Source of the DNA: Selaginella moellendorffii | Lineage: Eukaryota > Plantae > Lycopodiophyta | Assembly: GCF_000143415.4 (NCBI RefSeq) | Contig: NW_003314344.1 | Coordinates: forward strand, 318,336-382,335 | DNA length: 64,000 nucleotides | Direction of reading: 5' to 3' | Shown: one piece after another, positions 24,830-37,200 of the stretch | Position numbering within the stretch: position 1 is the stretch's first letter | How the letters are laid out: each line of letters opens with the position of its first letter | Made by a program: the position numbers and the translations under genes | The notes under the pieces: model-generated | The model's input: the letters and a program-made list of their open reading frames with translations, nothing else | What the model was told of the DNA's origin: nothing | Database searches by the model: none

Positions 24830-26250
24830 ATGGAATCCAAGCTGACCGACTCCAAAGTGGTGGTGAAGAACACTTGCTTGGTTCCTCCACGGGAGAAGCT
24901 CGAGTCTCCTATTGCCAAGCTTATCCCCTCGGCTCTTTCGCATATGACATGGTTCCTGCCTTACAGAACTCGCTTTCTCTTCTTCAAGAATCCAGTCGGT
25001 GATCCTCCTTGTTTCAACGACATTGTAGCGAAGCTTAAGGATTCCCTCGGCAAGGCGCTCACCGGGTTTTATCCCATCGCTGGGAGATTGCTGGTCAAGG
25101 AAGATGGCGGTGGAATGGAGCTTGTCTGCAATGGAAAAGGAGTGCTCTTCATCGAGGCAGTCGCGGGAGTCTCTCTTGACGAGCTTGCAAAGAACGAGGT
25201 GAATGGCCACTATGTGGGAATCCCGCTGAGAATTCTCCTGGATCTGGCACAAACTGGAGATCATCTTCTCAAGTGGCCATGGACTTTGGATCATCCTCTC
25301 TTCATCACACAGGTAAGCAAGCAAGCATTCACAAAAGTATGGAAACGATTTCTCCTCTCCTGTGATGCAAGGTGACGAGATTCGCATGCGGTGGGATTTG
25401 CATCTCCGTGAAGTTCAATCACCAAGTCCTGGATGGAACCGGAGCATGGCACTTCGTCAAGTCGTGGTCCGAGATAAGCCGCGGCGAATCCCCGTCGCTG
25501 GAGCCGGTGGTCATGGAAACTCCATCCACCATCGCGATTCTCCCGCGCGACGAGAAGCTGGAGATCGAGCTCCCACCGGATTTCATGCTGTGGAAGAACT
25601 CGGACGTCGTTCGCAACTTCTCCGCCTCTCACAGCAACGATGCAAGCTCCACCACCGCCATGAAATGCTTCTCTTTCGCAAAGGAGGAGATTGGATCGCT
25701 CAAGCGGGAGAATCCCGGGCTCACCACCTTCCAGCTCCTCACCGCCCACATCTGGAGGGAGATCTGCCGCGCGAGGCAACTCCACGACCGCGAGTCAACG
25801 GCACTGTTCTTCGCGGTCAACTGCCGCGGGAAAGTCAAAGCTCTCCCGGCGGGCTACGTTGGCGAGGCGGCCATGATGGCTAGGACCTCCACCAGCGCTG
25901 GGGAGCTACTCTCCCACAAAGGATTGGAGCGAGGAGCTCGGCTTGTCAAGGAGAAGATCATCCAGAGCAGTGACGAGGAGGAGGTGAGTTTCTACTGCAA
26001 GTTGGTTGGATCTTCTCGCGGTGGCGAGTTTACAGTGATGCCAAGATTGTCACTCGACAAGGATGTGAATGTCGGGAGCTCCTTCTACTTCCCGGTTTTC
26101 CAGGACTTTGGATTCGGCAGAGCTTGCGGAGTGGCCATCTTTCCCGTGATCGAAGATGGCAAAGTTTACTACTTCCCAGCTCGAAGAGAGGGTGATGTGA
26201 TTGCTTACGTTTGCTTGGAGCAAGAAGTCATGAACAAGCTCCACCTTTGA
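24830..26250 (+). CDS. BAHD acyltransferase 2 (exons 24830-25312, 25372-26250)
   Basis: FYPIAGRL, HQVLDG, DFGFG; clear paralogue of BAHD1 with the same intron position. Confidence 0.93.
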
Positions 26251-26381
26251 TAGTGTAGCTTGATAGTCGAGTGCCAAACTAAAACAATGAAGATTCGATT
26301 CCACTGGAGTCTAGTCCAAAGAAGACGAAAGAGAAGGAGATAAAAAAACCCCTTTGGAGCCTTAGAACACTGTATACTCTC

Positions 26382-27900
26382 ATGGAAGGCGCTTGGTTCT
26401 TAGCGCTAGCACTGCTCATCCTCCTCTGGTGGTCTCGCAATCTTCGAGCGCGTCTCAAGCTTCCTCCAGGACCATTCCCCTGGCCGATCGTCGGCTCCCT
26501 CTTCATCGTCAAGGAGCCTCTCCCCATCTTCTTCGCGGAGCTCGGCCGAAAGTATGGCCCCGTCGTCTACTTCAAGCTCGGAATGGTTCCCACCGTCGCC
26601 ATCAACAGTGCCGCGGCCGCGAGAGAGGTGCTCAAGTCCCGCGACTTGGAGTTTGCGTCCCGGCCAGACCTTGGCAACCTCCGGCAGATCAGCTTCGACT
26701 ACAATGATCTCGGCGTCGCGCCTTACGGGGAGACCTGGAAGCTCATGAGGCGAGTCTCGGCCACGCATCTCTTCACGCCCTCCAAGCTCAACACCACCGC
26801 TTCCGTCCGGCACCGGGAGGTGAAGGCGATGATCAAGAACATCTTGGACGAGGGGCCGGAAGTCGTAGATCTCACTGCTGCCACCAATGCCGCTGTTGTC
26901 CAAGGCGTCGTCAACCTTCTCGTCGGCACCGATGATAAGAGCCTGGGAATCGATGCACGGTCGCTCAATGGGATCTTCGAGAAGGCTGGCGAAGAGCTCT
27001 TGAATGTCAACCTCGGGGACCTCTTCCCGTTCCTCAGGCGCTTGGACGTTCAAGGCCTGGAGCGCAAGTTCAAGTACGTGGTGATGCCGCCGATCAAGAG
27101 CCTGATGGAGAAGATCATCGCGCACCACAAGAGCTCGTCGCGGGAAGTCGAGGACTTTGTCGACGTGCTCGTCAATCTCAATGGGGAGGATGCTCTCACC
27201 CACATCCAGACGATCGGGCTTCTCAGCGTAAGTCTTGTTCCTTCCTTGCTCGAGCCTGATCTTGGTTCTTCTCTTCTGCCAGGATTTCTTCATTGCCGGA
27301 ATAAACACGTCCCAAACCTCCATCGACTTTACACTGGCCGAGCTAGTTCGCCATCCTGCTATCCTGTCCAGGGCTCAGAAGGAGATCGACCAAGTCGTCG
27401 GTTCATCTCGGCTCGTCCAAGAATCCGACCTTCCAAGCCTGCCTTATCTTCACGCTGTTATCAAGGAGAGCTTGAGGTTGCACCCGCCACTCCCACTGCT
27501 GCTCCCTCACCACAATCCCGCTGCTTCTAAGATCGGCGAGTACGACATTCCTGCTAAATCCACCATCTTCGTCAACGCGTGGGCCATCGGCCGGGACCCG
27601 TCAACCTGGGACAGGCCACTGGAGTTTGTGCCCGAGAGATTCTTGGAGCGAGATGTCAAGCTCACTGGAGATGACTTCTCGTTGCTGCCATTTGGTGCGG
27701 GAAGGAGGACCTGTGCTGGATACCTGATGGCCATGAGGATGCTTCCGCTCTCAGTCGCCACTGTGATTCAGGCGTTTGATCTGGCAACTCTCGAAGGACG
27801 AGAGGTTGATATGGGCGAGTCAACGGGCGGAGCGACACGCAGAAACAAAAATCTCATGGTTTCTGCAACGCCAAGGCTGGCTAAAGAGTTATACGCTTAG
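26382..27900 (+). CDS. Cytochrome P450, CYP71 clan (exons 26382-27227, 27283-27900)
   Basis: N-terminal anchor + LPPGP, FASRP, I-helix AGINTS, ESLR, PERF, heme PFGAGRRTCAG; single phase-0 intron before the I-helix. Confidence 0.93.
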
Positions 27901-27931
27901 GCAGAGTTGTGTCGTAGAACCAACCTGAAGG

Positions 27932-29004
27932 CTAAATGTTTCCACCAGACTTGTATTCGCCAATGCCGAGTAGATCCTGATCACAGCGATGTCAAGTCAA
28001 TAAATCACAACATAGAGAAAATTTCAGAGGAGAACCTGGCAAGCTCTAGTCTTGGCTCTTGTTTCTGCCGTGCTTGGAATATCATGGTTTGGTTTAGAGA
28101 ATCTCTTCTCTCTCAAGTCGCAAGACCCCCACCCGTCAGAAAACCTCCCGGATCTGCAAGTGTCTCGTACATACTATAGCAAAGGAAGAAAAACGGGCAT
28201 ACGTACTGCATAGACGCTCTGACCACAAACTCGGCACGAAGAACATTTGTGTTTTGATCATACTCGATTTTCCTCTCCTTGATCTCGAAAGAAATGCTAA
28301 AAAAGAAAGCGATCTTCCTCCATCCTGGCACACACGCATAAACGAGAGATTAAATCCTTGCTTCGGTTCAAGACGCGAAAGAAAAAAACTGACCAGACTT
28401 TCGAATGAATGGCTTCCCTTGCATCATGAGATAGTCTCCCTTCTCCAAGATCTAGCCGAAAAGAAAAGAGAAAAAAGCTGGTAAGGAAGTCACAGAAAGA
28501 AGAAATCATGGTTACCGCCATGGCTGCGTCCTGGAGCTGCCGAAAAACAGTCGAAGAAGGGATCTCCTGCTGCGGCATCCACGGCGAAACGTTGTGATTG
28601 GTAGTGCTGGGTTGCTGGTTCTCGTTTTGATTCGTCCAGGAGGAGCTTGGACGCCCAGCGTCGCGAGCCACGATACTCCCAAGATACGAGCTTTGCTTTT
28701 GCCTGACTGGAATGTGGCCATCGGGAAAATGCGACTGCTGGCGCTTGAGAGAGGGAGGGGCGATGGCGTCGGATCTAGCAGCCATGCGCGGCACAATGTA
28801 GCCTAGTCCTAGCCCCGGCTGCTGCTGCGGAGAGGGCGGGAGTTCCACGAGTGGATGCCGCCGAGCGGGAGGAGATTGCTGCTGCTGGAATCGAGAAGAA
28901 ACAACGATCGATCTGTCCCCGCCATACCTCGCAGCAGCGGCGCTGTCGATCGCGGCCCAGAGCTCCGCGTCGCCAAAATCTTCCTCCGCCATCGCCATCG
29001 CCAT
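27932..29004 (-). CDS. Conserved uncharacterised plant protein, possible Rad52/ERF-like single-strand-annealing fold; 5 exons
   Basis: Spliced C-terminus ILEKGDYLMMQGKPFIRKSG|WRKIAFFFSISFEI..RAEFVVRA|..GRFSDGWGSCD.REKRF.KPNHDIPSTAETRAKTRACQ|DLLGIGEY; N-terminal LWAAIDSA motif. Confidence 0.75.
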
Positions 29005-29014
29005 CGCCAGCGCG

Positions 29015-30661
29015 CTAGGGTTTCTTGGACTTCTTCCTCCACATATTTGAAATCATCACGTATGGCGAGGAGCTTCGCTCCTTGCCATTGATGCCAAAGA
29101 GCTCCATCGCCGCCGCGGCTCCATCCTCGGATTTCCCATGCATCTGGCACGCATTGAGCAGGATCCTCCACGCCACCGCGTCGGGCTCGAACGGCATCGT
29201 GTTGATGAGATCCTCTGCCTCGAACAGCAGCCCCGATCGCCCCAGAAGATCGATCATGCACAGGTAGTGATCCAGCTCCGGCCGGATCTTGTAATCCTGG
29301 ACCAGGGAGGTGAAGCAGTGGATTCCATCCTCTAGAACGCCGCTGTGGCTGCAAGCGCCCAGGATTATCATGAACGCGATCTCGTCCGCTTCCACTCCCT
29401 CGGCTTGCATCACGAAGAAGACGCGCATCGCCTCATCGACATCGCCCTGCTGCGCGAAGGCGATCATCACGCCCGTCCACGATACCACATTCTTGCGCCG
29501 GATTCCCCCGAAAATCCCCATCGCCTCGCCGATCCGGCCGCAGCGCACGAAGAAATTCACGAGAGAATTCGCGACCGCTACGTCGGCGTCCATCCCACAC
29601 TCGCGGAGGCTCCAATGTACGGCACGGCCCTGGGCCATGGCGCCCGTGGCCGTGCACGCATCCACGGCGATGACGGCCGATACCGTACACGGCTGTGCGC
29701 CGTCCAGATCCATGCGCCGGAATAGATCGACGGCCGCGTCGCCCTGCCCATTCTGGGCATATCCCGCCATGAGGGCATTCCACGAGACAGCGTTCCTCCA
29801 CGGCATCTCGTCGAACATTCCCTTGGCCGTGTCGAGATTCCCTTTCAGGGCATATCCCTGGACCATGGCCGTGGCCGCCACCACGTTCCACTCGGGCAGC
29901 GCACGGAAAAGATTCCCAGCCTGGAGCATATGCCCGTTCACGGCATATGCCGATATCATGGCGCTCCAAGATACCTCGTTCTTGCCCGGCATCGAATCAA
30001 ACACACGCCTCGCGTACTCTGTACGGCCGCATTTTCCGTGCATGTCGAGCAGCGCAGTCGCGACCATGACGTCAGCGAGGTACCCGGTGGTGACGATCTG
30101 GTCGTGGAGGATCCTGCCCTGGTCCCAATCCCCGAGCTTGGAGCACGCGTTTAGAATGGTGATGAGTGTCACCTTGTTGGGCCGGAGACCCTCCAAGTTC
30201 ATGGTGAAGTAGATCCCAAGGGCATCTCTGGGATGCCCGTTCTGAGAATAGGCCGTGATCATTCCGTTCCATGTGACAACATCCAAGTCGGGCATCTGGG
30301 CGAAGAGGCATCTCGCCTCGTTAAGATGCCCGTTCTGGGCATATGCCGTGATCATGATATTCCAGGAATGTGCGTTTGGGGCAGACATGGAATCAAAGAC
30401 GTTGCGAGCGTCTTCCACACTGCCGCATCTTCCGTACATGTGGATGATGTGGTTCGTGAGAAATCTGTTGTGGACGTGGCCATTGGTTTGGATGTGCGTG
30501 TGGACGAGCCTTCCGTCCTCGAGGGATTTGGAATCTCCACACTGCTTGAGGAGTTTTGCGTAGTCCGTGTAGTCGATTGATCGATCTTGCTCCATTCGGG
30601 CGAGGGCTTGCTGGAGTTGGGGATTGCCAGTAAGGCTGCCTGGATCAAACACCACCATCAT
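29015..30661 (-). CDS. PLS-class PPR protein with E domain, intronless
   Basis: Repeated DVVTWN.MI.AY.QNG motifs, HYLCMIDLLGRSG, WRILLNAC; no DYW domain. Confidence 0.9.
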   Translation of the reverse strand: MMVVFDPGSLTGNPQLQQALARMEQDRSIDYTDYAKLLKQCGDSKSLEDGRLVHTHIQTNGHVHNRFLTNHIIHMYGRCGSVEDARNVFDSMSAPNAHSWNIMITAYAQNGHLNEARCLFAQMPDLDVVTWNGMITAYSQNGHPRDALGIYFTMNLEGLRPNKVTLITILNACSKLGDWDQGRILHDQIVTTGYLADVMVATALLDMHGKCGRTEYARRVFDSMPGKNEVSWSAMISAYAVNGHMLQAGNLFRALPEWNVVAATAMVQGYALKGNLDTAKGMFDEMPWRNAVSWNALMAGYAQNGQGDAAVDLFRRMDLDGAQPCTVSAVIAVDACTATGAMAQGRAVHWSLRECGMDADVAVANSLVNFFVRCGRIGEAMGIFGGIRRKNVVSWTGVMIAFAQQGDVDEAMRVFFVMQAEGVEADEIAFMIILGACSHSGVLEDGIHCFTSLVQDYKIRPELDHYLCMIDLLGRSGLLFEAEDLINTMPFEPDAVAWRILLNACQMHGKSEDGAAAAMELFGINGKERSSSPYVMISNMWRKKSKKP

Positions 30662-31222
30662 CGTTTTCCCGAAGAGATCGACAGTCGACCCACCAAGAAA
30701 AATTAGCTCTTGTTCTTCAGTGAAAGCGAAATCCCCTTAGCTATTGGTCGTGATCGAGAAAACTACACGCCAGCGTTTGCGATTTCCATGGCCTCTCATA
30801 GCAAGAACAAAAGAATAAAGTATCTCGATGGGCCACTCCGTACAACCAGTGCGGCCACCAAATGCTTGTGGCCCAAATGGCACCGCCGAGGGCCGTGACA
30901 CGATCTGGAGCGTCGGATGCGGTGCATCGACGGCTGTGCACCGCCTGGGAAGAACAAGGTCATTAGATTTCGGCATTTCTAATGCTAGGCTAACGTTTGT
31001 GTGTGTTGGGCCGGCCTCCATTCTTTTCCCTCTCTTTTATTGCGTCCTAGGGTTCCAGGATCCGGCAGGCGAGGCAGGCAGGCGCCATCGATCCAGGCGC
31101 ATCGCACAAGATCCTTGGAGCGCAGCGAATTCGGCAGTCGATAAGCTGGTTTCTTCCGGCGATCCGGCTGCCGGAGCTCTGGAGAAAGGGTTTTGAGGTG
31201 GATGTGAGGAAGATCTACGGCA

Positions 31223-34200
31223 ATGTCGGAGGACGAGAAGCTCCTCAAGGAGGCGAAGAAGCTGCCGTGGGAGGACAGATTGACGCACAAGAATTGGAAG
31301 GTTAGGAACGATGGGTGCATCGATCTTGCGGGCGTGTGTGACAGCATTATGGATCCTAAGGATCCACGGCTGCGGGAATTCGGTGAGTTCTAGTTCTTCT
31401 CCCACGCACATTTGGGTTGCTCAACAGTAAGTTTTCGTGATTCCAGGGCCCTTATTTAAAAAGAGTGTGGCCGATTCGAATGCTGCGGTACAAGAAAAGG
31501 CGTTGGATGCTTTGATAGGTTTTCTGAGAGCTGCCGACGCTGATGTTTCTAGGTACTGCTTTTGTTTTTCTCTTCCTTGGCCTTTCAGGTTTGGAAATTC
31601 TTCTCGTCACCCAGGTATGCTAAAGAGGTTTGCGATTCTATTGCGGCCAAGTGCCTCACTGGCCGTCCGAAAACCATTGAAAAGGCACAAGCGGCATTCA
31701 TGTTGTGGGTGGAGCTTGAAGCATCGGATGTTTTCCTGGTTGGTTCTAGTTCTCTCTCTGCAGGTTTGGTTGTCATCATTTTTTTTTTCCTTTCAGGATA
31801 CGATGGAAAAAGCTATTAAGAACAAGGTAGCGAAGGCTGTTGTGCCAGCGATTGATGTTATGTATCAAGCTCTCAGGTTGGTGATGGCAGCATTCCTTTT
31901 CGTAATAGAGGTTTTTTCTTGAACCATCTGCTTTCTTGAATGCAGTGAATTTGGGACTAAGATAATTCCTCCGAAAAGGATACTTAGAATTCTCCCTGAA
32001 CTTTTTGATCATCAAGACCAGAATGTAAGAGCTTCGGCCAAGGGACTAACAATAGAGTTATGCCGGTGGATAGGAAAAGACTCCGTCAAATCCATTCTCT
32101 TTGAGAAAATGCGAGATACAATGGTAATCAATCTCCTCTGTTGTAGTTTCTAATACTTAAGTCGCAGAAAAAAGAGATAGAGGCCGAGATGGACAACGTA
32201 ACAGGCGTCTCAAAACCGACGCGCAAAATAAGGTATTACGTTATCTCGTTTGAAACCTGAGACTCAAGATTATCTCGTCTACACCAGATCCGAGCAGACG
32301 AGAGAGGTTGAACAAGAGGCAGCAATAGAATCGCCGGGTGCCCCGCCAGCAGATGAAGCGTCCCCTACTGGTAATTGAAAAAACGTTTGTTTGCTGCTTA
32401 CAAGTGCGATGCATGTTATACAGGAGTGCAAGATATAGACGAATATGATCTGGTCGACCCTGTCGACATTTTAACTCCACTGGGAAAGTCATCATTTTGG
32501 GATGGAGTGGTAAGCAAGCTGAATAATGGCCTAGGTGATAATGCATGTTCCTCCTTTTCAGAAAGCTGCAAAGTGGTCTGAGAGGCGCGATGCAGTTGCC
32601 GAACTAACTAAGCTTGCGTCTGCAAAAAGACTTGCTGCCGGCGATTACACAGAAATTTGCCGTACTTTAAAAAAGGTAACAGATTGTGTAAGTTGCCTGA
32701 TGTTATCTGACAATGGTTTTCAGCTTATAACGGATGTAAATATTGCGGTTGCTGTGGAGGCTATTCAAGCAGCTGGAAATCTTGCTTCAGGTCTCCGTAA
32801 GGACTTCACTGTTTGCTCAAGAATTCTGCTTCCTGTTTTGCTGGTAACGATGTTAGTAAAGGACTTTCGAAGTCCATCGTTGTAGCGGTTGTGCTGATCC
32901 TTTTTTGCGCTTCTTTCGTGTTTTTTTTTGGATGAACAGGACAAGCTTAAAGAGAAAAAACAATTGGTGGTCGATGCATTGATGCAAACTCTTCAAAGCA
33001 TGCACACAGGTGGTTGTGTGGCTCTCGCGGATGTAATCGAAGGTGAGCCAGACCTTGAATTAAATTTCACGAACACTGACCTTAGAATACCAGATGTCAG
33101 AGTGGCTACAAAGAATAAGGTTCCTTCGGTGCGGTCTTCGTGTTTGAACTGGGTGACATTCTGCATTGAGAACAATACCAAGCTCACTGTGATGAAGTTA
33201 CACAAAGATTACGTTCCCATTCTTATGGAGGTACTATGGTCGCTGCAATATGCTATATTTTACTTGAAAAGGTTTCTCTAGAGCTTAAATGATGGGACTC
33301 CAGAAGTACGGGATGCAGCGTTTTCGGCACTTGCTGCTTTTGCAAAAGTGGGATAATCAGTTCGCTCGTTTGTTTAGAGACTAATGTCCCTTCTCTCGTC
33401 TTTCAGCACTTGGGCATGAAGCCACTTGAACGTTCTTTAGAAAAACTTGATGAAGTCAGAAGAAAGAAGCTGACTGAAATGATTGGTTCCGGCCCCGGTT
33501 CGAACACTTCTACGCCTAGCTCCACTTCAGGTAGCACTGCTTAGATATTTTGTGGCAACTTAACACTTATTCTTTCCTATAGTCGTGGCCAGGAGCACAG
33601 ATGAAGTAAGTGTTTACTTAAAATTGCGACTTAATTTCTCACACGTGATTTTAGAATTCGGAAGCAGTTGTGAAAAAGTCCGCTGCGAGTTTGTTGTCTG
33701 GCAAAAAGCCTACTGCTCCAACCCAGGTATCACCGATTACGTGATTTTGTTGAGTAGAAGCTAACATAAACTACTTGTCTTGTGCTAGAGTGTGAAAAAG
33801 ACTGGGTCAACGAAGGTAACTGTCTCGAAAAAGGGAGATGCTACAGTGGAAGCAAACGACGATATTGAAGTCGGCGAAATGTCTCTAGAGGAGATTGAGT
33901 CGAGAGTCGGAAGTATTGTGCAGCCAGAAATAATTGAGAACTTAAAAAGCGCTGTCTGGAAGGAACGCCTAGAAGGTTTGGATTTCGTTGACTATATTTC
34001 TGTATATTCTGAGCCTGTTCTTTTTTAGCTATGACTTCCCTTAAAGAAACTGTGGAGGGGTTACCTGAGATCAACAAAGACAGTGAAATTCTAGTGCGAC
34101 TCCTTTCCGTACTTCCTGGCTGGGCTGAGAAAAATGTCCAGGTATTTCCTTACTGTTCAAAAACTCTTTACACAAACGTGTTTCTTTCAGGTTCAGCAGA

Positions 34201-37200
34201 AAGTTATTGAAGTTGTGTGCCATATAGCAGAGAGAGCAACAAGTTTTTCCAAGAAAGCAGTTATGCTCTGTTTACCTGGTAAGACGGAGTTTGTTATCTG
34301 TTGAAGTCCGAACTGAGGCCTCGGATCGTCAGGATTGGCTGAAAGATCGTCGGATATCAAAACACGAGCTCAAGCTACTAGGTGCCTTACCGTATTTTGT
34401 GAAGTCGCGGGACCAAATTTTGTATTTGATAAGGTATCTGTTATTGATTTTTTTGATGTTATTTATCCAGGGGCGCTTGCAGATGTATAAGATTATGAAA
34501 GAACACAGAAATCCCAAAGTTCTCAGCGAGGGATTGTCATGGATGATTACTGGCATCGAGGACTTCGGCATTAGCCATATTAAGTTGAAGGTAACTGTTG
34601 CTTCAGTTTGTGGATATGGTATTGATGCTCGACTTGTGATGCAGGACTTGCTAGAATTTTGCAAAGATGTGGGATTGCAGTCTAGTGCACCTGCCACAAG
34701 GAATGCAACTATCAAGCTTATTGGGGTTCTTCACAAGTTTGTTGGGCCAGGTTTTTCAGATAATGATGTTGAATATAAAGCTTACGTTTTTAAGTTCTGT
34801 TTCAGGCTTGAAGAATTTTTTGACGGATGTGAAACCTGCTCTTCAAAGTGCTTTGGATACCGAATATGAGAAAAATCCCTATGAGGTAGTACAGACCCTT
34901 CACGATTTCTTCATTGGTGTCGTAAATGTTTCAGGGTCCCGCTGCCCCGAAAAGAACAGTCCGGGGCGCTGATGACGGAGCTCCTGTTGCTGGAGGTGAT
35001 GGTTTACCGCGTGAAGATGTCAGCGGGAAATTGTCAGTAACTTTGATGAAAAACCTTGGAAGTCCGGAATGGAAGATTCGGCAGGAGTCCATAGAAACTG
35101 TAAACCGGATAATTGAGGAGGCGAACAAGAGAATCCAAGCGACGGGGACAGGTAATTTTTGCTGACTTTCATGATATTCGCTAATTTCTAGTTTTCAGGA
35201 GAATTATTTGGAGCTTTGAAAGGACGGTTGAATGATTCAAACAAAAACCTTGTGATGATGACACTTTCGACTCTTGGAAGTCTAGCTGCAGCAATGGGTC
35301 CTGCTGTTGACAAAAACAGTAAGGTTGGTTATGTGCTTTGTTTTGTTATAGAGACGACAATTTTTCCGCTGGTGCAGGGTGTTCTCGCGGACGTTCTAAA
35401 ATGTCTAGGAGACAATAAAAAACTTATGCGAGAAGCAGTTATCAAGACGCTGGATGGATGGGCCGAGGTTTTGCAGCTTGATAAAATGGTACGATTCTTT
35501 GCTTCAATCTTTATGTTTCTAACAACGTACATTTTCAGCTACCATACATTGTTCCTGCTCTGATAGATGCTAAGCTATGTGCTGATGGCCGAAAAGATTT
35601 GTTCGATTGGGTGACAAAACAGTTGACAAAATGTGTCAGCTGTTCCGAGCTGACCCATCTTTTGAAGCCAATCTCCGTAGGACTACAGGTTTGTATTTCC
35701 TTTTGTGCACTGCCGAGCTGTTTGAAAGTGCATTTTGATCAGGATAAATCTGTAGAAGTTCGTAAAGCAGCAGACGCAGCCTTACAGGAGCTACTTCGAG
35801 TTTGTGGTTTTGACGCGGTAACTTGTTCTGTATATTTGGCTTGTGCATTTCCTGATAACTCTTGGCAGATCAATAAAGCATCAAGAGAGTTGCATGGTTC
35901 TGCTCTCGCGGCGGTCCTTCCAATCTTAGAAAAGCAAAGATCACCCGGAGCAATCGGTACGTATATCTCTCTATAATTATTCTCACGCTAACCTCGATAC
36001 GCAGATGCCTCCGAGGACAGAGCGGGGTCGAAAGGCAATCTTCCAAAGACTGGAAAACAAACTAGTAACGGTCCAGAACGTCCTGCCGCTAAAGCTCCTC
36101 CAAGGGGAACAGTAAGTACTTTTTGCTGGCCGTAATACTTTAATGTCTTGCTTTTGACGGGGAATCAGAAAACTGTTGGAAAAGTTTCAAAGCAAGCTGC
36201 AGCAATCGCTGCACAAGATGCTGCTGTACAGGGCCAGGCACTTTTCAACATGAGAGACTCGAATAAGGTGTGAAACCTTTTACTGCCCGAAATCCTTTGT
36301 AATTTGACAAAGCCTCCTGCAGGAAGAGCGCGAGCGGTCAATTCCTCGCAAGTATAAATTTGAGGAGCCTAGGCCAGAACAAATACTTGAAGTTGAGGTA
36401 TGCCGTATCTTATGCATCGATATTATTTTTATGTTACTCTTTAACAAGCAGGCGGACGTTATGAAATACTTCAGGGAGGATCTCCATCGAAGATTACTGA
36501 GTCCGGATTTTAAGAAGCAAGTTGATGGGCTGGAGCTTCTGCAAAAGGTGTGAAATTGTGTTTTATTTTCTTACAATTCTAATAATCCTGCTTCCCGCAG
36601 GCAATTCCTACGCACACTAAGGATATTGCAGAAATTTCAGATATACTTCTTCGCTGGATTGTTTTACGTTTTTGTGAATCCAATACTACGTGCCTTCTGA
36701 AGGTAATTTTATCTTAAGACTTCTTTTATCTTGGGTAAATGTAGTTTTCAGGTGCTAGACTTTCTGCCAGAATTGGTGGAGGCTTTAAAAAATGAAGGCT
36801 ATGCACTAACAGAATTTGAGGCTACAATTTTCTTACCTTGTCTTGTTGAAAAGGTAATTGACATTTATGCTTGCGAGTTTAGCTGAGCATGTTTCCTGCA
36901 GTCTGGTCATAATATTGAAAAGGTTCGGGAAAAGATGCGGGAGCTGATGAGACTCATCTGTTGCATCTACCCTGCATCAAAGCTATTTACGTACATTTGC
37001 GAGGGCCTTCGATCAAAGAACAACAGAACTAGAATCGAAAGTGTCGATCACATTGGTTTTATGGTTGATCGCTATGGCGTAGAGGCAAGCCCATAGTCTT
37101 CTGCTAGATGTATTATTAACTCATTGTTTCTTTTGCAGATTGCGGGTCCGAATAAGGCTCTGCAATCGGTTGCTGCTTTGACAACTGAACGGGACGGCGA

